From: Nitrospirota bacterium | GTDB lineage: Bacteria > Nitrospirota > Thermodesulfovibrionia > UBA6902 | Assembly: GCA_016208905.1 (NCBI GenBank) | Contig: JACQXG010000039.1 | Location: forward strand, 3,439 to 67,438 | DNA length: 64,000 bases | Reading direction: 5' to 3' | Shown here: piece after piece, positions 58,061 to 64,000 of the stretch | Position numbering within the stretch: position 1 is the stretch's first letter | Layout of the letters: every line of letters begins with the position of its first letter | Translations under genes and position numbers: made by a program | Notes under the pieces: generated by a model | The model's database searches: none | Seen by the model: only the letters and a program-made list of their open reading frames with translations | What the model was told of the DNA's origin: nothing

Positions 58061-59467
58061 TTGCTAACAGCTGATTTTTTAAATATGGCTATATTGACTG
58101 TCGAAGACATTATTGAAGCAACAGGTGGAGAGCTTCTGTCGGAGGACTCTAAAACATTCAGCGGGGTCTCCATCGATTCCCGGAAGATATCTGAAGGCGA
58201 GGTTTTTTTTGCCATAAGAGGAGATAAATTTGACGGCCATGATTTTCTTACTAATGCTCTTGTAAAAGGCAGCGGTGCAATCGTGGGAATAAGGCCTGAA
58301 TCATTACCGGCAGGCAAGGTAATTATTTGTGTAAACGACACTCTCAGGTCTTTGCAGGATCTTGCGCATTTTCTGCGGATGAGACGAAAAATCCCGGTAG
58401 TTGCTGTTACCGGAAGCAATGGCAAGACTACAACAAAGGAAATGATTTACCAGATCCTGTCAGGGAAATATAGGACACTAAAAAATGAAGGGAATCTTAA
58501 TAACCATATTGGTCTGCCTTTAAGCCTTACGAGACTGCACCCGGATGACGAAGTTGTTGTGCTTGAAATGGGGATGAATGCATCAGGGGAAATAAGAAGG
58601 TTATGTGAAATAGCCGTGCCGAGCCACGGCGTTATAACAAACATTGGCTCTGCACATGTCGGCATGCTCGGCAGTTATGAGGCGGTCAGGGCCGCAAAAC
58701 TTGAAATCCTTGAGGGTTTGAGTGTCGCAGTGGTCAACGCAGATAATGATTTTTTAATGCAGGGCCTGGAACGGACAAAAGACTTTGAAGGGGAAATGAT
58801 TACTTTTGCAGTAAATAATGAGGCCCATGTCATGGCCAGGGACGTTCGCGCTACAAAGACGGGCAGTGATTTCTTACTTGAGATAAAAGGGAATGGCGGT
58901 GCAACCGTCAATCTGAAAGTGCACGGCCTTTTCAATGTGTATAACGCGCTTGCGGCATCAGCCGTGACTTTTTCACTCGGCATGAGTATTGATGAAATCA
59001 GGGCCGCGCTTGGGGCCTATAGCGGATTCCCGATGAGATTTGAAGTGATTGAAAAAAACGGTATTACTGTAATCAATGATTCCTATAATGCTAATCCTTC
59101 CTCAGTAGAAAAGTCGGTAAAAGAGCTCGTCCGTCTTGGCTCCGGGGGCAGGGTGGTGGCTGTCCTTGGCGACATGCGTGAGCTGGACGAATTTTCGGAA
59201 AAAGAGCACAGGGCCATCGGAAGAATGATATCTGAAACCGGAGTGGATGTTTTTGTGGCAGTCGGGGAAATGATGAATATGGCGGCAGAAGAAAGCGCGA
59301 GTGAGAAAAGCGGGGCTGCGGCCCCTGAGGTATTTACTTATATAGACGCTGATTCAGCAAAAGACAACATCATGGCTATTTTGAGACCGGGTGACACCGT
59401 ACTTGTAAAAGGTTCGAGGTCGATGACTATGGAAAAGATTATTGAGGGAATAACTGATGCTGTATAA
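58061..59467 (+). CDS. murF: UDP-N-acetylmuramoyl-tripeptide--D-alanyl-D-alanine ligase
   Basis: Has GSNGKTTTKEM, and the likely start is MAILTVEDI at about 58085. Confidence 0.9.
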   Translation: MLTADFLNMAILTVEDIIEATGGELLSEDSKTFSGVSIDSRKISEGEVFFAIRGDKFDGHDFLTNALVKGSGAIVGIRPESLPAGKVIICVNDTLRSLQDLAHFLRMRRKIPVVAVTGSNGKTTTKEMIYQILSGKYRTLKNEGNLNNHIGLPLSLTRLHPDDEVVVLEMGMNASGEIRRLCEIAVPSHGVITNIGSAHVGMLGSYEAVRAAKLEILEGLSVAVVNADNDFLMQGLERTKDFEGEMITFAVNNEAHVMARDVRATKTGSDFLLEIKGNGGATVNLKVHGLFNVYNALAASAVTFSLGMSIDEIRAALGAYSGFPMRFEVIEKNGITVINDSYNANPSSVEKSVKELVRLGSGGRVVAVLGDMRELDEFSEKEHRAIGRMISETGVDVFVAVGEMMNMAAEESASEKSGAAAPEVFTYIDADSAKDNIMAILRPGDTVLVKGSRSMTMEKIIEGITDAV

Positions 59468-60539
59468 ACTTATTTATTCCTTTCATGAGCTTTATTCTCC
59501 CTTAAATGTATTCAGGTACATAACCTTCCGGGCCGCCCTTGCAGTCATAACCGCGCTGTTAATTCATTTCTTATTGGCGCCATGGATTATTAAAAAGCTC
59601 AGAAAGGTCAGTTTTACCCAGTATGAAAGAGATGACGGGCCGAAGACCCATCTTCATAAAGCAGGCACTCCGACAATGGGCGGCATCCTTATTATTTTGT
59701 CTGTGCTTGCAAGTGTTTTAATGTGGGGAGATTTGAGCAATAAATTTATTTTAATAATGATGCTGGCAATAACAGGATATGGTTGTATCGGTCTGGCAGA
59801 TGACTATCTGAAGGTAATAAAGAAAGATTCGAAGGGGCTAAAGGGGTGGTATAAATTTACTTTACAGATTGTGCTTGCCATGGCCATAGGACTTCTGTTT
59901 TATCATGATCCGAATGATTTATATGTCGCAAAATTAAGCATCCCTTTTTTTAAAAAATGGCTGATTGATCTTGGATGGTTCTATATCCCTTTTTCCATCC
60001 TTGTGATTGTCGGCTCTTCAAATGCCGTTAACCTTACAGACGGCATAGACGGTCTTGCCATTGGACTGGTCGGCATTGCCTGCCTGGCCAACGGCGCGCT
60101 TGTTTATATATCGGGTCATGCTGGTTTTTCGCAATACCTCCATGTATTACACCTGCCCGGCGTAGGGGAGCTGACTGTTTTTTGCGGCGCCATGTTCGGG
60201 GCCTCTCTCGGTTTTTTGTGGTACAACAGTTATCCCGCGGAAATATTTATGGGGGATGTCGGCTCACTCGGGCTTGGAGGGGCGCTGGGAACACTTGCTG
60301 TAATTACAAAGCAGGAAATCGTTCTCGCTATTGTCGGGGGTATTTTTGTGATAGAGACCTTTTCAGTGATGATTCAGGTGGCCTCATTCAAAATGACCGG
60401 GAAAAGGGTCTTTAAAATGGCCCCGATTCACCACCACTTTGAAGCAAAAGGATGGCCGGAGCCGAAGGTAATAGTCAGATTCTGGATAATTGGTATAATA
60501 CTGGCGCTGTTAAGTTTGACGACGCTGAAGGTGAGATGA
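59457..60539 (+). CDS. mraY: phospho-N-acetylmuramoyl-pentapeptide transferase
   Basis: Has the DD..GLAIG and PIHHH(F) MraY motifs. Confidence 0.95.
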   Translation: MLYKLIYSFHELYSPLNVFRYITFRAALAVITALLIHFLLAPWIIKKLRKVSFTQYERDDGPKTHLHKAGTPTMGGILIILSVLASVLMWGDLSNKFILIMMLAITGYGCIGLADDYLKVIKKDSKGLKGWYKFTLQIVLAMAIGLLFYHDPNDLYVAKLSIPFFKKWLIDLGWFYIPFSILVIVGSSNAVNLTDGIDGLAIGLVGIACLANGALVYISGHAGFSQYLHVLHLPGVGELTVFCGAMFGASLGFLWYNSYPAEIFMGDVGSLGLGGALGTLAVITKQEIVLAIVGGIFVIETFSVMIQVASFKMTGKRVFKMAPIHHHFEAKGWPEPKVIVRFWIIGIILALLSLTTLKVR

Positions 60540-60548
60540 AAAAGAGGT

Positions 60549-60626
60549 ATCAGCAATCAGGGATCAGCAGTCAGGACTTCGATAATTTTAAGACTGACAG
60601 CTTACAGCTGAAAGCTGATAGCTTAT
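60549..60626. repeat. inverted pair of heptamer arrays (atcagca-type and gctgaya-type) in the mraY-murD spacer
   Basis: atcagcaatcagggatcagcagtcagga ... gactgacagcttacagctgaaagctgatagcttat. Confidence 0.75.
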
Positions 60627-60629
60627 AAA

Positions 60630-62156
60630 ATGATACAGGTAGAAGAAAAGAAAAATAAATTTAAGGGCAAAAAAGTGCTCGTTGTCGGTCTTGCAAGAAG
60701 CGGCACCGGGGCGGCCAACCTTCTTGTTGAATTAGGGGCCAAGGTAACAATTACCGACAGGAAATCGCCCGGTTCTTTAGAAGATCAAATAAATAAATTG
60801 CTGCCGGCTGTCAAGTTCATAGAAGACAGCAAAGCCGCGGACATTATTGATTCACTCGACTTAATAGTTATCAGTCCCGGGGTGCCTCTATATGTTCCAT
60901 TCCTTGTTAAGGCAAGTATAAAAGGGATACCTGTTATCGGCGAGCTTGAGCTCGCGTATCAGGTAATAAAGGGGCAAGGGGCAAGGGGCAAGGGGCAAGA
61001 GGAGTTTATCGGCATTACCGGCACGAACGGGAAATCTACGGTCACTACGCTTGTTGACCTTATGCTGAGAGAAGCAGGGTACAATACACTGTTAGGTGGG
61101 AATATCGGTAATGCATTGACAGAAGAAATTTTAAAATGGGGCAAAGGGCAAGGGGCAAGGGGCGAGGGAGAAGAAACAACGGATCCGTCATCCGTCACCC
61201 GTCACCCGTTACCTGATTTTATCGTTGCGGAGATATCAAGTTTTCAGCTTGAAACAATAGAGGAATTCAGGCCGAACATTGCGGCTATTCTTAACATAAC
61301 TCCGGACCACCTTGACAGGTATAACAGCATGAGCGATTACATAGATGCAAAGGCAAGGATTTTTGAAAAACAGACACCGGAAGATTTTTTGATCATTAAT
61401 GCGGATGATCCGGAGATAGCAAAAGTGAGAAGTGAGAAGTTGGAAGTAAGAAGTGAAAAACCAAAAACTATTTATTTCAGCCGGACGAAAGAGATGGAAG
61501 GCGCATATTTAAGAGATGGAATAATTTATTGCAATTTTGCCCACTTCTCCCTTCCCGCTTCTCCCTTCCCGCTTATATCTCAGAATGAGATAAAAATTAA
61601 GGGAGCGCACAATCTTGAAAATGCCATGGCGGCTTCTTTGATGGCTCTGATCTCAGGATGCAGTCCAGCTGCCGTCAGGACCGTATTGAAGACTTTTCCC
61701 GGACTTGAACACCGGATTGAATTTGTTGATGAAGTCAATGGCGTCAGATTCATAAATGATTCAAAAGGCACAAACGTAGGCGCTGTTGCCAAATCCCTGG
61801 AAGACTTTAACGACGTAATCCTGATTATGGGGGGGTTGGATAAAGGGAATGACTTTTCGATATTGCGGGATTTGATAGAGAAAAAAGTTAAAGTCCTCAT
61901 TTTAATCGGCAAGGCAAAAGAGGTCATTGCAAAGGCGTTGGGCGCGATAACTGAGACGCATCAGGTGTCTGATCTCGGAGAGGCGGTTGCATTATCAATG
62001 TCAAAAGCCTCTGCAGGTGATGTTGTAATGTTATCGCCGGGTTGCGCCAGCTTTGACATGTTTAAAGACTTTGAAGACAGGGGAAGGAAGTTTAAGGAAG
62101 CGGTAGAAGAGTTAAGAGTGAACAGGAATATATTTTCCAGCACTGACACTATTTGA
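60630..62156 (+). CDS. murD: UDP-N-acetylmuramoylalanine--D-glutamate ligase, about 50-60 aa longer than usual because of in-frame repeat insertions
   Basis: The GITGTNGKST P-loop is present and the protein is colinear with MurD, but with low-complexity inserts encoded by heptamer arrays. Confidence 0.9.
   Translation: MIQVEEKKNKFKGKKVLVVGLARSGTGAANLLVELGAKVTITDRKSPGSLEDQINKLLPAVKFIEDSKAADIIDSLDLIVISPGVPLYVPFLVKASIKGIPVIGELELAYQVIKGQGARGKGQEEFIGITGTNGKSTVTTLVDLMLREAGYNTLLGGNIGNALTEEILKWGKGQGARGEGEETTDPSSVTRHPLPDFIVAEISSFQLETIEEFRPNIAAILNITPDHLDRYNSMSDYIDAKARIFEKQTPEDFLIINADDPEIAKVRSEKLEVRSEKPKTIYFSRTKEMEGAYLRDGIIYCNFAHFSLPASPFPLISQNEIKIKGAHNLENAMAASLMALISGCSPAAVRTVLKTFPGLEHRIEFVDEVNGVRFINDSKGTNVGAVAKSLEDFNDVILIMGGLDKGNDFSILRDLIEKKVKVLILIGKAKEVIAKALGAITETHQVSDLGEAVALSMSKASAGDVVMLSPGCASFDMFKDFEDRGRKFKEAVEELRVNRNIFSSTDTI
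60971..61003 (+). repeat. in-frame heptamer array (ggggcaa x4) in murD, preceding the P-loop
   Basis: Encodes KGQGARGKGQEE. Confidence 0.8.
61137..61213 (+). repeat. in-frame double heptamer array (ggggcaa-type, then ccgtcay x4) in murD
   Basis: Encodes GKGQGARGEGEETTDPSSVTRHPLP. Confidence 0.8.
61425..61458 (+). repeat. in-frame heptamer array (gtgagaa/gtaagaa) in murD
   Basis: Encodes VRSEKLEVRSEK. The same unit occurs in the intergenic array at 32052. Confidence 0.8.
61543..61577 (+). repeat. in-frame heptamer array (cttctcc/cttcccg x2) in murD
   Basis: Encodes HFSLPASPFPLI. Confidence 0.75.
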
Positions 62157-62157
62157 T

Positions 62158-63348
62158 ATGAATACTAAACACACAAGGAGCATTTTAATATCAGTGCTGA
62201 TACTCGTAGGGATCGGGATCATGATGGTTTACAGCTCCACGGCCCTCATGTCCATGAGGGAAAGTGGAAGCGGATTTAATTTTTTATTGAAACATCTTTT
62301 TACAGTATGCATTGGAACAGTTGTAATGATATTACTGTCAAAAATAGATTATCTGAAATACAGGCCGGTGGTTTATGTCCTGTTAGCGGTCTCCTTTGTA
62401 TTATTGGTATTGGTATTTATGCCCGGTATTGGAATTTCGGCCAATGGCGCAAGGAGATGGCTGAGGCTGTGGCCGACTACATTTCAGCCCTCAGAGCTTG
62501 TAAAGGTGGTCATGGTGATTTTTCTGGCGGATTATATGGACAGGAACATTCACAGGATGAGGGATTTCCGTTACGGTATTATGGTCCCTGTCGGTGTCAT
62601 GCTCATCTTCCAGGCTGTTATTATCAAGCAGCCTGATTTTGGCGCTGTGATGAGTCTGGGGATACTTACAGTAGGCCTGTTAATACTGGGGGGCGCAAGA
62701 TTAAGCCACATAGGCTCACTTGTACTTCTCGCTCTTCCGGCTGTTTATATGCTAATTATGACTTCGTCATACCGGTCGAAAAGATTATTGTGTTTTCTCG
62801 ATCCGTGGAAGGACTCGCAGGGCTGCGGGTTTCAACTCGTTCAATCTTTTATCGCCTTTGGGAACGGACGGTTTATGGGTCTCGGTCTGGGAGGCAGCAA
62901 GCAGAAATTATATTTTTTGCCGGAGGCCCATACCGACTTTATTTTCTCCCTGATTGGTGAAGAGCTTGGTCTGGTCGGGGCAGTGGTTGTGCTCTGTATT
63001 TTTGTCTGGCTTTTTCTGAAAGGTTTCCAGGTCTCGGCGGGGACCAGGGACCCTTTCAGTTACTTTCTGACATTGGGACTAACTATGTTGATCGGAGTGC
63101 AGGCTATTATAAATATTGCCGTATCAACAGGCTTAATGCCGACAAAGGGACTGCCCCTGCCTTTTATAAGTTACGGCGGATCAGCGCTTCTCGTAAATAT
63201 GGCGGCTGTGGGGATACTTATAAATATCGCTGCAAAAAATGAAGACGTCACTTCCCGTCAAACCTCTCATTTTCAGTTTAAAGGGGAAAACAAAGGCGGA
63301 TTGTTAAGGACGGGAAGGGCGGATTCCTGGAGTTACAGGCGGAGATGA
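62158..63348 (+). CDS. ftsW: peptidoglycan glycosyltransferase FtsW
   Basis: SEDS family, 10 TM, in the dcw position. A C-terminal tail extends to overlap the murG start (ATGA). Confidence 0.9.
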   Translation: MNTKHTRSILISVLILVGIGIMMVYSSTALMSMRESGSGFNFLLKHLFTVCIGTVVMILLSKIDYLKYRPVVYVLLAVSFVLLVLVFMPGIGISANGARRWLRLWPTTFQPSELVKVVMVIFLADYMDRNIHRMRDFRYGIMVPVGVMLIFQAVIIKQPDFGAVMSLGILTVGLLILGGARLSHIGSLVLLALPAVYMLIMTSSYRSKRLLCFLDPWKDSQGCGFQLVQSFIAFGNGRFMGLGLGGSKQKLYFLPEAHTDFIFSLIGEELGLVGAVVVLCIFVWLFLKGFQVSAGTRDPFSYFLTLGLTMLIGVQAIINIAVSTGLMPTKGLPLPFISYGGSALLVNMAAVGILINIAAKNEDVTSRQTSHFQFKGENKGGLLRTGRADSWSYRRR

Positions 63349-64000
63349 AAATTATTATTGCAGGAGGAGGAACAGGAGGGCATATTTTCCCGGCGTTAGC
63401 AATAGCGAAAGAATTAAGAAACGCGCTTGCTGACGCGGTAGTTACTTTTGTCGGGACTTCCAGGGGGATGGAGTCCAGGATTATCCCCAAAGAAGGGTAT
63501 GATGTAAGATTCATAAGGTCTGAAGGTCTTGTGGGCAAGAGTATTTTTAAAACTATTAAATCAATTTTTAAAATCCCGGCGTCTTTAAAGGATTCGCGTG
63601 ACTTGCTGAAGGAAATCAAACCGGACCTGGTTTTGGGTGTCGGAGGATACAGTTCAGGCCCTGTGGTTTTAAGCGCGAAGATGATGGGTATCCCTACAAT
63701 CATCCATGAACAGAATACGCTGCCGGGTCTTGCCAACAGGATTCTGGGCAGATTTGTTGACACTGTTGCCGTTACATATCATGAGAGCATTAAATATTTT
63801 CCGCGGGACAAAACCTATATGACCGGCAATCCCATAAGGGCGGAAATATTGAAAGGCGATAGAGAAAGAGGCTGCGAGAACTTCAGTCTTGACAGGGACC
63901 GGTTTACGATATTTGTATTCGGCGGCAGTTTAGGCGCAAGCAGTATTAACAGCGCAGTGGGGGAGGCGCTGGTATACCTTGAACCTCTTAAAAACCATAT
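63345..64000 (+). CDS. murG: UDP-N-acetylglucosamine--N-acetylmuramyl-(pentapeptide) pyrophosphoryl-undecaprenol N-acetylglucosamine transferase, 5' part; the gene continues past the window end
   Basis: MKIIIAGGGTGGHIFPALAIAKEL is the MurG N-terminus. Confidence 0.9.
   Translation, partial: MKIIIAGGGTGGHIFPALAIAKELRNALADAVVTFVGTSRGMESRIIPKEGYDVRFIRSEGLVGKSIFKTIKSIFKIPASLKDSRDLLKEIKPDLVLGVGGYSSGPVVLSAKMMGIPTIIHEQNTLPGLANRILGRFVDTVAVTYHESIKYFPRDKTYMTGNPIRAEILKGDRERGCENFSLDRDRFTIFVFGGSLGASSINSAVGEALVYLEPLKNH

Overview
This is a 64-kb bacterial chromosomal segment of roughly 43% GC (estimated by eye), coding on both strands, and most likely from an anaerobic or microaerophilic Gram-negative-type organism. 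The evidence for that is LPS heptose-core genes, AmpG/NagZ muropeptide recycling, system II cytochrome c biogenesis, a multiheme cytochrome and two sigma-54 enhancer-binding proteins. Gene content in order is: a partial epimerase gene and tgt; a PAS sigma-54 regulator; a DUF1460-ampG-nagZ peptidoglycan-recycling island that includes a tiny MshEN-like gene; an atypical kinase-like gene; a USP gene; a GAF sigma-54 activator divergent from an unusual three-gene radical-SAM locus (an RRE-rSAM-SPASM-ArsM-like methyltransferase fusion, a B12-binding rSAM protein and a PilZ protein); an M50 protease; thiL; lon; galU; osmC; pgpA; an MNT/HEPN pair; thpR; a recA-pilT-recX operon; an MFS transporter; znuACB; an HDOD protein; an oxidoreductase; tsaB-rimI; a DsbA-like protein; a tetraheme cytochrome; arsR/cadA-like metal resistance; resB-ccsA; secG-tpiA; ugd; LPS heptosyltransferases including a WaaF-GmhB fusion; a stand-alone Lon-like AAA+ protease; xerD; and the dcw cluster from mraZ to murG. 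Three things stand out. First, the RRE-rSAM-SPASM-AS3MT-like fusion locus may be an undescribed modification or biosynthetic system. Second, heptanucleotide tandem-repeat arrays occur in intergenic hairpins and also in frame inside the essential murD and murE genes. Third, a 69-bp dispersed repeat sits 5' of nagZ and thiL. No rRNA, tRNA or CRISPR features were found.
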